A DNA stretch of 64,000 bases from a virus, in the IMG/VR virus record IMGVR_UViG_3300020281_000010; one strand, given 5' to 3'. The notes below the pieces were generated by a model. It saw only the letters and a program-made list of their open reading frames with translations, did not search any database and was not told the origin of the DNA. This document shows positions 19,001-28,356 of this stretch, one piece after another. The position numbers and the translations under genes are program-made. Position 1 is the first letter of the stretch. Each line of letters starts with the position of its first letter.

Positions 19001-19660
19001 GAATCAGTATTCTCAGGTCCTGTTACATTCCAGAAGAGAATTACTGCTCAGGAAAACATCCAGACTCTGAAACTGACTTATAGTAACGACGATGGAACCG
19101 TTCTAAAGCAGACGTTCCTAGCAGAAGATGATGGATCAGGTCAACCAGATATTGATGCTGCATTGGCATTTAATGATGGTGATATTATCTATAACATTGA
19201 CTGGCAGGCAGGTGATTCACTTGGTTGGATCTATGATGCAGGTGTATGGTATAAGTTTGGTATGACAGACACCGCACCTATCAGTGCACGTAGGTTCTCA
19301 GGTGTTACTAACTATGGTATTGGAATGGCACCTGATGCTTCCAATAGAATGAAGATCAGTGGTAACACATTCATTTCTGGTGACCTTGATGTTACTGGTA
19401 AGTATGGTGCTGCTGATAAGTATAGACTTGCAACTGGTCTTGCTAACAATAACAACGGGGTCACATACAATGGTAACGGGTCAACATCATCCTTTGCTAT
19501 TTCCCCAGGGCATACATCTTACTCTGTTCTTGTGTTCTTGAATGGTGTCGCTCAAATCCCAGGCACTGACTATCAAGTTAGCGGCAACGCTGTTGACTTC
19601 TCAATCGGTACTCCACCCTCAACTGGTGATGTGATCCAGATCAGGGAACTAGTCATCTAA
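16085..19660 (+). CDS. Large virion structural protein (beta-helix, tailspike-like N-terminal region)
   Basis: 1191 aa; IIYVNP..FDASD....G....PFKTLQRA, VPRGCSVVGSDLRRTKI and YVFNCSLRSVWG motifs; C-terminal VLVFLNGVAQIPGTDY domain. Confidence 0.75.
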   Translation: MALTRLKNIITSRTGRIIYVNPDDFDASDAYDNRGNSALRPFKTLQRAFLEVSRFSYRVGLSNDEFDAFSIYLYPSEYVLDNRPGTSNFNEITPFDENTNFDLTSPNNILYKFNSVNGGIIVPRGCSVVGSDLRRTKIIPKYVPYPTINASLGITGANEPAASAIFRLTGGTYFWQMSFFDGDNNGVYYRGDVADTIAPNFSHHKITCFEYATTTDLDLYYQKISKAYATIPDTSGTIAQDQLQARVEENRIVGPISDEFRVSQIIRNGQTATAFTVDIQDNPVNHGFSVGVAVNISGVTGPTEADANLYNGSFLVTSAQGNQFTYQMSAEPSGNAIGSNVLVKVEIDTVDSASPYVFNCSLRSVWGICGMHADGSKATGFKSMVVAQFTGISLQKDDRAFVLYNPSTGNYEAQASGSGAHINGLCKYRKGWRHVHIKASNDSFIQVVSVFAVGFGDHFFSDSGGDLSITNSNSNFGNTSLRSKGFKSAAFTKDKAGQITHVIPPKDISDVPEISINWVTFDINKIRAAADPTKLYLYGYTNENAKPPSKIQGYTIGARRDSPTLPDKINVLLIASGANAPTTHTAKIDPSGQDVTGTSPGDDNSPIKYDANQSNWYLQVDSNQNDIYTTLIANSQYQNLGFTPTSFIRRVPDARDLKDRIYRFRYVLDKDAFPIPRQPITGFVVQPRSSETNSPAYDKTYYIYEVETYQEFERGVADGIYYLTFLNASVAPSTSNFDDFAFSQQTVDLYPAFDRDNPVADPGPAVSVADNDVLGVVTTTDGATPTPNEDTKLSITKETTQFFLLEQENNLGYNTTSNTLNSIVVTARLGDEEERKIPLKLNADNSVAPILCELRRYSILRASGHTFEYLGFGPGNYSTAFPSTQVEVLTPAQVRLSQSLKEAAGVAYYSGVNSDGELFVGNQVINPVTGQITNEDIAQLNVLGEEGTTIETFSEIVLTDKLTVIGGASNQLESVFSGPVTFQKRITAQENIQTLKLTYSNDDGTVLKQTFLAEDDGSGQPDIDAALAFNDGDIIYNIDWQAGDSLGWIYDAGVWYKFGMTDTAPISARRFSGVTNYGIGMAPDASNRMKISGNTFISGDLDVTGKYGAADKYRLATGLANNNNGVTYNGNGSTSSFAISPGHTSYSVLVFLNGVAQIPGTDYQVSGNAVDFSIGTPPSTGDVIQIRELVI

Positions 19661-19663
19661 ATA
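19658..19663 (+). promoter_or_regulatory. T4-type late promoter
   Basis: TAAATA overlapping the upstream stop codon. Confidence 0.65.
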
Positions 19664-19684
19664 GAACAGGAACGGTAGGATCCT

Positions 19685-20551
19685 ATGTCAACAAAGATTA
19701 ATGGTAATCAGATTCAAGCAACGACCAGAGGTTTGGTCGAAGCGTGGTCTATTTCCGAGCAGTTAAATCTCCCCTCTCTAAACCAATCACAGGTCAATGC
19801 TCTAGGTACACCCGCGTTTGGTACTTTGGTGTATAATAACACCGAGGATATGGCACAGATCTACAAACAAGATGCCAACCAAGGTAACCCTGGCTGGACT
19901 GATGTTGGTGGAGGTGGTCCTGCTATTGGTGAAGGTTCTATCATTAGAACGAACGGTACAAATATTCAAGAGAACTTAACTGTCGGTCCTACTGCAAACG
20001 GTGGTGTAGAGTTCACAAACGGATTCTCAGCGGGTCCGATCCAAATTGACTCAGGTTATACTGTTACCATTGAGAACGGTGCATCTTGGACATTGCTCGG
20101 TGACGATGACCTGTCATACGCTGAATTCGTTGATATTGAATCACAGCACGCTACATTCACTGGTACACTTCATTACGGTGAAACAAAAGAGAGCGTTTAC
20201 TATTACACAACAAGTGGTTCTCTAACTCACGATTACAATAATTCAAACTCTATCTGGATCAACAAAACTGGTGGTGGTAACTTTACTATCAGTTTCACTA
20301 ACGTTCCTACTGATGGTGCACACGCATATGGTATGACTGTTGCTATCAGAAACCAAGGTGGTGAGGGTATTCCTACCTCAGTTAATATTAACGGACAGTC
20401 AACAACAATCTACTGGTCAGGTGGTAACGAACCGTCTTGGGGTGATGATGACAACTATGTGGTTGTATCATTCGCATTGGTTTACACACCAAACACTAAT
20501 CAGCATTCATTCACTGTATTTGGTTCTGCTACTGGATATTATCCTGCATAA
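19685..20551 (+). CDS. Virion/tail-fibre-associated protein
   Basis: GTLVYNNT..AQIY..W and IRTNG..I.ENLT..NGFSAGPI.I..G.TVTI..GASW motifs common in cyanophage fibre proteins. Confidence 0.65.
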   Translation: MSTKINGNQIQATTRGLVEAWSISEQLNLPSLNQSQVNALGTPAFGTLVYNNTEDMAQIYKQDANQGNPGWTDVGGGGPAIGEGSIIRTNGTNIQENLTVGPTANGGVEFTNGFSAGPIQIDSGYTVTIENGASWTLLGDDDLSYAEFVDIESQHATFTGTLHYGETKESVYYYTTSGSLTHDYNNSNSIWINKTGGGNFTISFTNVPTDGAHAYGMTVAIRNQGGEGIPTSVNINGQSTTIYWSGGNEPSWGDDDNYVVVSFALVYTPNTNQHSFTVFGSATGYYPA

Positions 20552-20553
20552 TT

Positions 20554-21537
20554 ATGTCAACTAACATTGGTTATTCTGGGATGTTCAATCCCTTCTCATC
20601 CACACTATGTTCTCGTGGTGGTGGAGCAGGAGGTGGTGGTGCTATTAGAATCATTGCTGACGATAACGGAACTGTATTCGATCAAGCATATAACGGACTG
20701 AACTTTAGATTCCACAGATTTACAAGCACAGGAGATAATAGTCTATACATTCGTGGTGGTGCAGGTGCAACACTATACGTTTGGATGTGGGGTGCTGCAG
20801 GTGGCCGCGGCGGTCAAGGTGGTGCCAACGGTGGTGCAGGTGGTATGTCATATGGTGAGATTACAGTCCAAGATTCTTGGGTAAATGCAGGTGGAAGAAT
20901 GAGAATCTACGTCGGTGGCGGCGGTGGAGGAGGAAACGGTTGCTACGGATGTTGGGGTGGCGGTGGAAATGGATCCAATAATTCAGGTTATGGTTCAGGG
21001 GGACGTGGTACACACGCTTCTTGTAGAGGATGTTCAGCAGGTGGTGGTGGAGGAGGAGCAGCAACTATGCTCTTCTCACCTTTGGGTGTCAATATGAACG
21101 AAGGAAATATTCTCCAAGTCGCAGGTGGCGGCGGTGGAGGTGGAGGTCGTGAAGGTTGTGGTGGTGCAGGTAATGGTGGAGCAGGTGGACAAAGAGGAGC
21201 AAACGGACAGTGTGGTTCACAGGGTGGAGCAGCAGGTGGTAACAGTGACACCAACGGTGATGAGTGTGGCAGACCAGGGAACGACGCTTCTGGTGGAGGC
21301 GGCGGTGGCGGCGGTTACAACGCAGGTAACTGTGGTGGAAACCCAGGTTGTGACTGTAACGGTGCCGCAGGTGGTGGTGGAGGTAATTCTTGGATTTCTT
21401 CTCCATACCATATCGGTGGTTATATAAGTAATGGTGACTGGAATACCCCAGGTGATAACTCTTCTCAATTTAGACAGGGTTATGCACAACCTAACGGTGG
21501 ATCAGGCATCGCCACACTTGGTTATCTTGTAAGTTAA
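20554..21537 (+). CDS. Glycine-rich fibre tip/adhesin-like protein (Cys-rich loops)
   Basis: WGAAGG, YVGGGG, VAGGGGGGG and GGGGNSW glycine-rich-domain motifs; many Cys in the loops. Confidence 0.65.
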   Translation: MSTNIGYSGMFNPFSSTLCSRGGGAGGGGAIRIIADDNGTVFDQAYNGLNFRFHRFTSTGDNSLYIRGGAGATLYVWMWGAAGGRGGQGGANGGAGGMSYGEITVQDSWVNAGGRMRIYVGGGGGGGNGCYGCWGGGGNGSNNSGYGSGGRGTHASCRGCSAGGGGGGAATMLFSPLGVNMNEGNILQVAGGGGGGGGREGCGGAGNGGAGGQRGANGQCGSQGGAAGGNSDTNGDECGRPGNDASGGGGGGGGYNAGNCGGNPGCDCNGAAGGGGGNSWISSPYHIGGYISNGDWNTPGDNSSQFRQGYAQPNGGSGIATLGYLVS

Positions 21538-21539
21538 TT

Positions 21540-22073
21540 ATGGCAACAATTTACGACCCAAAAACAGCAGACGATCAATACGAAACGTATAATACTGCTG
21601 CTGTAGTCTTCGATTTGGGAGAAGACACAAGTATTGGTAGTGGATTCTCTACGATTAAATCTAGAGATGTCACTATTAAAATGAGCGTAAGGAAATTTGG
21701 AGAGTATAAACTTAGATGGGAGGATGGTTTAAGAGTTGGTATCTCAGTCTCTGAACCTTCTGGATACCAAATCTTTACGACACAACTTGATAACATTATA
21801 TCAAGTGACGATAAGTATCAGTTAACGGTATCGTTACCTGTGCTAAATACAGAGGTTAAGTACGCTGTTCAAATGTGGGCAGGGGACAACACCAAATCAA
21901 TGATCCACAGAGAGACGATTGAAGTTCCTGATTATCAGGATCCGTCTACGCAGAGAGAGAATCCTGCGAACACAGTTGTGTATCACGAAGGATACTATCC
22001 TGATGATGAGCAATGGGAACGAGACCAACCTTATCTCCCTTCTGGTTTCGAACGCCCTGTGCCACCTACATAA
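21540..22073 (+). CDS. Hypothetical (fibre-associated) protein
   Basis: ORF track; lies between two Gly-rich genes. Confidence 0.6.
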   Translation: MATIYDPKTADDQYETYNTAAVVFDLGEDTSIGSGFSTIKSRDVTIKMSVRKFGEYKLRWEDGLRVGISVSEPSGYQIFTTQLDNIISSDDKYQLTVSLPVLNTEVKYAVQMWAGDNTKSMIHRETIEVPDYQDPSTQRENPANTVVYHEGYYPDDEQWERDQPYLPSGFERPVPPT

Positions 22074-22077
22074 TGTA

Positions 22078-22083
22078 TAAATA
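22078..22083 (+). promoter_or_regulatory. T4-type late promoter heading the fibre-halogenase-oxygenase run
   Basis: Intergenic TATAAATA 28 nt upstream of ATG 22111. Confidence 0.7.
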
Positions 22084-22110
22084 ACTCAGAGGAAATTTTA
22101 ACAGGCTAAA

Positions 22111-22911
22111 ATGAGTACACTCAAAGTTGCATCTATTAGAGACCTGTCTGGCATTGGCGGATTTACCCTCGCATCTGGTAATATTACTGCTAATGGTACG
22201 CTGACTGTTAGTAACTTGACCGTTAACGGTACGATGTCAGGTTCATCTAGTCAGATTGTGCCTAGTGTCTCAGGTCAGAGTGGTAAGTTTCTTACCACGA
22301 ACGGTTCGTCAATGTCTTGGACAGACGTAAGTTCAGAAAACATTTCATCCCTACAGGTTTGGACAGGTAATGGTACTTGGAACAGACCAAGTGGTGTTAA
22401 ATATATCCACGTTCGCTGTCAAGGTGGCGGTGGAGGAGGTGCGGGTCACGGTGAATCAGGCGGTGCAGGAGGTTACTCCGAACGTGTGATGTCTGTGGCA
22501 AACATTTCATCCGTTGGTATCACTATTGGTGGTGGCGGTGGAGGTACTTGGTACTTCAACCGTGGTGGTGACGGAGGATCATCTTCATTCGGTCCTTATA
22601 TGTCAGCAGGTGGAGGACACGGTGCTGCAAGAAATAACGCACACTCAGGTGGTCTCGGCAGAAATGGTTCTGGTGGAGACTTGAACATCTGGGGTGGTGG
22701 TGGACAGTCCCACGCTGCTCACGGTGGTGGAACTGGTGGACCTTCTCACTTCGGTGGATCTGTTGCTGCAGGTTGGCCAAATGGAGGAAACTTCAGTCAT
22801 AATCACCAAGATCACTCAGCGTATGGTTCAGGTGGTTCAGGTGGTCACTTCCACTCTTTCCGTGGTTCAAACGGTAAGTATGGTGTTGTTACTGTTATCA
22901 ACTACAAATAA
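22111..22911 (+). CDS. Glycine-rich fibre tip/adhesin-like protein (His-rich loops)
   Basis: GTWNRPSGV..I.VRCQGGGGGG...GGAGGY..GG.GG.SSFG glycine-rich-domain pattern; GQSGKFLTTNG linker. Confidence 0.7.
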   Translation: MSTLKVASIRDLSGIGGFTLASGNITANGTLTVSNLTVNGTMSGSSSQIVPSVSGQSGKFLTTNGSSMSWTDVSSENISSLQVWTGNGTWNRPSGVKYIHVRCQGGGGGGAGHGESGGAGGYSERVMSVANISSVGITIGGGGGGTWYFNRGGDGGSSSFGPYMSAGGGHGAARNNAHSGGLGRNGSGGDLNIWGGGGQSHAAHGGGTGGPSHFGGSVAAGWPNGGNFSHNHQDHSAYGSGGSGGHFHSFRGSNGKYGVVTVINYK

Positions 22912-22920
22912 GGGGTTACG

Positions 22921-23439
22921 ATGAAAAAAGCATTGATGGATTTCACAGGGTATGTCGCTGACATCGTAGAACCAGGGGAGGAATACGCACTATTCCTTGG
23001 TCGTGGTTGTTCTCAGATGTGGGTGAATGCACCTGATGATATTACTAAAACTTGGACTCTTGAGTGGTCACCTTCAGCAGAGGATATGATCTGGGTCAAG
23101 AGAACTGAAACATATGCAGATCCTGCTACTACACGTAGAGTTGCATATGGTGAAATCGGGGCACAGTTGGATATGCTCTACAAAGACCTCGCAGCAGGAA
23201 GATCGTTGACAGCAGACGATGCTCTTTGGTATAATCACGTCAAGACAGTTAAAGAAAACACAACTTCACCTTCATCAGTTGAGGAACCAATGGATCCCAC
23301 GATGACAGAGGAAGAAATTGCAGAATTTATGTCTGACAATGTAGAACCTGCTACTAGCAGACCCTGCAAAATCTCAACACAAGAAAATCCTTGTTGGGAA
23401 AGATACTCTAACTGGGGAAGAACCTACGAAGAACTCTAA
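22921..23439 (+). CDS. Putative tail-fibre assembly chaperone-like protein
   Basis: RRVAYGEIGAQLDMLYKD..W...VKTVK motif seen downstream of phage fibre genes; 7 Trp in 172 aa. Confidence 0.5.
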   Translation: MKKALMDFTGYVADIVEPGEEYALFLGRGCSQMWVNAPDDITKTWTLEWSPSAEDMIWVKRTETYADPATTRRVAYGEIGAQLDMLYKDLAAGRSLTADDALWYNHVKTVKENTTSPSSVEEPMDPTMTEEEIAEFMSDNVEPATSRPCKISTQENPCWERYSNWGRTYEEL

Positions 23440-23445
23440 TTTGGT

Positions 23446-24918
23446 ATGCAACTACATAAAATCTGTATTGTCGGTGGTGGCAGTGCAGGGTGGATGACCG
23501 CTAGTGTTCTAGCGAAACATTTTGGAAATACAAAAGAAATTGTGTTGATCGAATCTCCAACTACACCTCGAATTGGTGTGGGAGAAGCGACAACACAATT
23601 TTTTAATACATTTGTACGGTATCTTGGTCTTAAAGATGAAGACTGGATGCCGAAGTGTGATGCAACGTACAAGCATAGTGTAAGGTTCGAGAACTTCAAT
23701 CCGAACGGTGTCTTTCATTATCCATTCGGGAAAACAGAAGGACCTGCATCTATTGCTGACTACTACACTTGGAGAAAGTTTGGAAAAATTGACAGTATGA
23801 CGTTCGGTCTGATATATTCAGACACAGTACGCGGTGCTGAAAATGGCAAACTTATCCCAAATCTCACTCATTTTAACGTTGGTTATCATTTCGACGCTAT
23901 TGCCTTTGCAGAATATCTAAAACACAACTATGCAATTCCTAAAGGTGTTAAACTTATTGAAGATACAGTCAGCGAGATTGAATCCTGCGTGGATGGGATT
24001 AGCAGAGTTCGCGTTCATAGTGGCGATTGGCACGATGCAGACCTTTTTATAGACTGCACAGGATTTGCTGCGATCCTTAGTAATGAAGTAGGATCCGAGT
24101 GGGAAGCGTGGAACGATGAATTGTGTTGTGACTCAGCGTGGACAACGAGAGTACCATATAAAGATAAAGAAAAAGAATTAGTTGCATACACAAACTGCAC
24201 AGGAATGAGCAGTGGATGGGTATGGAGAGCACCCACGTGGTCACGAATTGGAACGGGTTATGTATTCTCTTCCCGTCATCAATCCAAAGAGGATGCACTA
24301 ACAGAATTCAAACAGCATTTAGGTGTAGGTGATGAACAGGAATTCAGATTCCTTGAGTTCCCTACAGGTGTAAGGAAGGAGATATGGAAGAAGAATGTGG
24401 TATCTATTGGATTGGCAGGTGGTTTCATTGAACCACTAGAATCAGGTGGACTATATTCAGTACACGAGTTCTTATTTAATCTGATACAGGTTCTTCCTAA
24501 AGAGAGGGACAACTATAATGGTTTTATCAGAGAACAATTCAACTGGGGATCCAAGCGAAGACTGAAATCATTCAAGGATTTCGTGTTAGCACACTATTGT
24601 CTAAGTCCTAGGGATGACACACCATTCTGGAAACACTATAATCAAATGAACTTTCAATCAGAGTTCCCTGATGTGTTGACACAGAGATTTGAACAAATCG
24701 GAAATCTAAACTACCTATCTGAGGGTGCATTATACTTGCTAGGTGGGTATGAATATGATATAATTCCTGATAGGTTTGATGTCATCGCTGCACACGATGG
24801 TTACGAATCACCCGACTTTGACGATATGTTTATGGATCACCTTACTAAACGAGATCCAGACTATCCAACACCGTTCGAGTATTACAAATCTACCCTATAT
24901 AAGAAAGAAGATTCTTAA
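23446..24918 (+). CDS. Flavin-dependent (tryptophan-type) halogenase 1
   Basis: GGGSAG FAD motif, GVGEAT, ATYK (catalytic Lys position), YHFDA, FIDCTGF, GWVWRAP, GFIEPLES. Confidence 0.93.
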   Translation: MQLHKICIVGGGSAGWMTASVLAKHFGNTKEIVLIESPTTPRIGVGEATTQFFNTFVRYLGLKDEDWMPKCDATYKHSVRFENFNPNGVFHYPFGKTEGPASIADYYTWRKFGKIDSMTFGLIYSDTVRGAENGKLIPNLTHFNVGYHFDAIAFAEYLKHNYAIPKGVKLIEDTVSEIESCVDGISRVRVHSGDWHDADLFIDCTGFAAILSNEVGSEWEAWNDELCCDSAWTTRVPYKDKEKELVAYTNCTGMSSGWVWRAPTWSRIGTGYVFSSRHQSKEDALTEFKQHLGVGDEQEFRFLEFPTGVRKEIWKKNVVSIGLAGGFIEPLESGGLYSVHEFLFNLIQVLPKERDNYNGFIREQFNWGSKRRLKSFKDFVLAHYCLSPRDDTPFWKHYNQMNFQSEFPDVLTQRFEQIGNLNYLSEGALYLLGGYEYDIIPDRFDVIAAHDGYESPDFDDMFMDHLTKRDPDYPTPFEYYKSTLYKKEDS

Positions 24919-24920
24919 TT

Positions 24921-26573
24921 ATGCAAGTTAACAATGTAGTAATTGTAGGTGGTGGGTCATCTGGATGGATGACAGCATCTGCACTATTGAAACTATGCCC
25001 TTGGATTAGTGTTGTACTGGTGGAATCCAAGAAACACAAACCAGTCGGAGTTGGTGAATCAACTCTAGGACACTTCAATAAGTATTTGCGTGCACTCGGT
25101 CTTAAAGATGAAGAGTGGATGCCGAAGGTAGGAGCAACATATAAAAATAGTATCCAGTTCACAGACTTCCGTGAGAAAGGATCTACATTCCAGTATCCAT
25201 TTGGACCGCCAGATCTATATAATTGTAAGAACGATATTCAAGATTGGTTTGATCTTCAAAGATTATATCCTGATGAGTTCCCGCCAGAGTTGTTTGCTAA
25301 GTATTACTTGGCAGGTAACACCTGTATGGCAGAACATAACAAAATATATGGTAACAAAGATGGGAGGATTCGTGATTTTGACTTTGCTAGTGATACTGCC
25401 TACCATATTGATGCTGACCGATTCGCGGAATACTTGAAGACTGAGGTGTGTTATCCGTTCGCTGAACAGGATAGATTCACACACATCACAGGTGATGTAC
25501 GAGGGATGGTCAAGGATGTTATGGCAGGTGGATCTCCCGCCCAAAGTAACAGAATCATCAAACAACTTGCAGTAAAATTAGCAGCAGACAAAAAGACAGT
25601 TGGAGTTCAAGGCGATCTCTTCATTGACTGCACAGGATTCAAGGGTGCACTCATTGAGGAAATGATGGCAGTGCGACATATTAGTTTCGAGAAATATCTA
25701 CCAAACGATAAAGCATTCTTTGCTCGCATTCCTTACACATCACAGAAACAACGTAAGGAAAAGATGCACAACGTGACAGACTGTCGTGGTGCAAACAATG
25801 GATGGATGTGGACAATTCCACTGTGGGATAGGATCGGAGTTGGATACTGTTGGTCGTCACGTTTCGCTATGGAAAATGAGGCAAAACAGGAATTCGAAAT
25901 GTGGATTGATGAAGAGTTCGATCTTGAACCCGATGAGTATGAAATCAAATCCATTGACATCAAGCACGGATATAGAGAGAAAGCGTGGGAGTTGAATTGT
26001 GTAGCAATCGGGATGTCATATGGTTTCATTGAACCACTAGAGTCCACTGGTCTGTTGACAACTCACGAGAATATCCTTAGACTGGTTGATGTTCTTAATC
26101 GCCGCGAAGGTTATGTGTCAGGTATTGAGCGACAATGGTTCAATTATGCTGCACAACGTGAGGTGATTGGGTTCAGTCATTTCGTAGCAATGCACTATGC
26201 ATTGAGCAAACGAACTGACAATCCATATTGGAGACACGCATCACAAAGATGTGAGTATATGCTTGAACAGTTTGATGGTAACATCAAGGTGAACGATGAG
26301 TACGAGAGGATGGGAGATATTCTTGATCTTGGTAGACCACTCAGAGCAAACATTGCAGGTATGAACTTCATCGCTGCAGGTATGGGACTGAAACTGGGAA
26401 CTAGGTTCAATGGATATGGAAACGTTGAAGAACTCACTCATATCGGAAACGAGCGTCTCGACTATATCAAAGGTGTAGAAGAATTCATCAAGTCAGATGA
26501 AGTTCTTACTCATTATGAATTTCTAAAGCAAAAGATCTATGGTGAAGACAATGTTCAACTTCCTGAGGAATAA
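24921..26573 (+). CDS. Flavin-dependent (tryptophan-type) halogenase 2
   Basis: GGGSSG, GVGEST, ATYK, YHIDA, FIDCTGF, GWMWTIPL, GFIEPLESTG. Confidence 0.93.
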   Translation: MQVNNVVIVGGGSSGWMTASALLKLCPWISVVLVESKKHKPVGVGESTLGHFNKYLRALGLKDEEWMPKVGATYKNSIQFTDFREKGSTFQYPFGPPDLYNCKNDIQDWFDLQRLYPDEFPPELFAKYYLAGNTCMAEHNKIYGNKDGRIRDFDFASDTAYHIDADRFAEYLKTEVCYPFAEQDRFTHITGDVRGMVKDVMAGGSPAQSNRIIKQLAVKLAADKKTVGVQGDLFIDCTGFKGALIEEMMAVRHISFEKYLPNDKAFFARIPYTSQKQRKEKMHNVTDCRGANNGWMWTIPLWDRIGVGYCWSSRFAMENEAKQEFEMWIDEEFDLEPDEYEIKSIDIKHGYREKAWELNCVAIGMSYGFIEPLESTGLLTTHENILRLVDVLNRREGYVSGIERQWFNYAAQREVIGFSHFVAMHYALSKRTDNPYWRHASQRCEYMLEQFDGNIKVNDEYERMGDILDLGRPLRANIAGMNFIAAGMGLKLGTRFNGYGNVEELTHIGNERLDYIKGVEEFIKSDEVLTHYEFLKQKIYGEDNVQLPEE

Positions 26574-27336
26574 GAAGAAGAAACCGTGGTTGCGGTTCTT
26601 CTCTCTAGAACCAGGGTTGGTCGAGAACTATCCTTTGATACCAACGAGTTCGGTAAGAAGACGTTGGCAATCGAAAGAAGAACGACAAAAGAAATGCCCT
26701 TTCCGTGGATCTATGAATGTGGCAAATTGCCCAGGGTTGAAACAGATCACACGGATGGGTTATGTTGTAGTCGCACCAATGGATTTCATCATTCGTACAA
26801 ACGGTGATGGAGTTGGTTATGAGTATGAAATCCCTACAATGTTCACGAGACACGCGAACTTTATTGGGGATCACCCGCCAGACCAAACTGTACCCTTGGT
26901 GGACAGTCCACGTGAATCACTTGCACACATCATCAAACTCGAAACACCGTGGAGAGTGAGAGCAAGTGACGATATTATCTTTATGCAGACACCCGTGTAC
27001 TGGAACAATGAGTCCCGTTTCGAGGCAACTGCAGGGATCTACGATCCAAGATTTGCTATGCAAGTTAATGTGCAACTTATCTGGCACGTACTAGATGGTG
27101 AAACGCTGATCAAGGCAGGGACACCACTAGCACAGTTCATACCTATGCCTAGAGCAACACTTGACAAAGGTTGGTATGATATTCGTATAGATAATGCAAC
27201 GACTGAAGATTGGGATCTAGAAAATGCTTTCAATTATTCTTTGAAGGCAGAGTATCCCAACGATGATGATGTATCACACAAAGTCGCTAGAGCAATGAAA
27301 GCGATTAAACACCACAGCAACGGAATTGACCGATGA
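26551..27336 (+). CDS. dUTPase-fold-like hypothetical protein, paralog A
   Basis: CPGL...GYVVVAPMDF...IKLETPW...IKAGTPLAQFIP; start probably ATG 26551. Confidence 0.55.
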   Translation: MFNFLRNKKKKPWLRFFSLEPGLVENYPLIPTSSVRRRWQSKEERQKKCPFRGSMNVANCPGLKQITRMGYVVVAPMDFIIRTNGDGVGYEYEIPTMFTRHANFIGDHPPDQTVPLVDSPRESLAHIIKLETPWRVRASDDIIFMQTPVYWNNESRFEATAGIYDPRFAMQVNVQLIWHVLDGETLIKAGTPLAQFIPMPRATLDKGWYDIRIDNATTEDWDLENAFNYSLKAEYPNDDDVSHKVARAMKAIKHHSNGIDR

Positions 27337-27653
27337 ACATTAATGAATTGATTCAAAACTTTCACCTGCAGAAGGAGGAAGTTGACAAGATCATTGAAAA
27401 ATACGATACGGATTTCTCAAACAAGAAACTAAATCCGTATGGTGTCACCACTATTGAGTTTCAAAAGAGATCTGATGCATATGCTCAGAAATCTAGATTG
27501 GAGGGTGCTATCGATGCTCTCTTTATTGTGAAACGAGATATTATGGGTGAGGATGATGAGGTCGGGATGCCAATGGCAGAACTCGATGCTGAGGATACTG
27601 AAATGGAAATTATCGGAAACGTATCAGAGGAAAACCAAACAGAGGAGGATTAA
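27333..27653 (+). CDS. Hypothetical acidic coiled-coil protein
   Basis: ORF track; ATGA coupling. Confidence 0.6.
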   Translation: MNINELIQNFHLQKEEVDKIIEKYDTDFSNKKLNPYGVTTIEFQKRSDAYAQKSRLEGAIDALFIVKRDIMGEDDEVGMPMAELDAEDTEMEIIGNVSEENQTEED

Positions 27654-27823
27654 TGTCAACTTCATACCACGTTTACTACAACGGTAAAGTTTTGTTCAAG
27701 AACTTGAACGAAGAAGAATTTGATGTAGTCTGGGGTAGGATTTATCATTCATATCATACTGATAGTATCTCCTATGAGAAATGTGGCGAAGAAAATCTGG
27801 AAGGATGTGAGCAGTCTTACTAA
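27653..27823 (+). CDS. Hypothetical protein (56 aa)
   Basis: Hand translation MSTSYHVYYNGKVLFKNLNEEEFDVVWGRIY...; TAATG overlaps on both sides. Confidence 0.65.
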   Translation: MSTSYHVYYNGKVLFKNLNEEEFDVVWGRIYHSYHTDSISYEKCGEENLEGCEQSY

Positions 27824-28356
27824 TGCGTGTTATTCGTAATGTGATCCCAACTGTATATCAGATGAGGATCAAACAAATGATGGAAGATGTAGGATTCCCT
27901 TGGGGTTATCTTAAGGATGTCACATACAGAGATACTGACGAGGTGCGAAACCGATTCCCTAACGCAAATGGGAGTCAGGGGTTCGCACATTTGTTTTATG
28001 ATGCTGAAACAAATACTCACTCAGAGTTTTGTAATATCATAATGCCACTTCTCTTCTCATTTGTAGATACAACAGAGTATGATCTGTTTAGGATTAAAGG
28101 TGGTCTCCTATTGCCAACAGGCACAGGATATAATATGCCACACATTGATATGAACAGACCACACACAACTGCACTATATTATGTGAACACGAGTGATGGT
28201 GAAACCGTGTTCTTTGATGAAAACAGCAACGAGATCAGGAGAGAGAAACCAGAGCAAGGTAAAGTCGTTATTTTTGATGGTTCTATTTACCACGCATCGA
28301 GTTGCCCCACCACCACTACAAATAGAATGACATTAAATTTTAATTATGACTATTGA
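27823..28356 (+). CDS. 2OG-Fe(II) oxygenase
   Basis: MPHID...LYYVNTSDGET...IFDGSIYHASSCP...R motif. Confidence 0.85.
   Translation: MRVIRNVIPTVYQMRIKQMMEDVGFPWGYLKDVTYRDTDEVRNRFPNANGSQGFAHLFYDAETNTHSEFCNIIMPLLFSFVDTTEYDLFRIKGGLLLPTGTGYNMPHIDMNRPHTTALYYVNTSDGETVFFDENSNEIRREKPEQGKVVIFDGSIYHASSCPTTTTNRMTLNFNYDY

Noticed and set aside
20554-22911. Gly/Cys-rich ORFs as collagen or RiPP precursors
   Set aside because: No Gly-X-Y periodicity and no leader/core architecture; size and context fit glycine-rich fibre domains.
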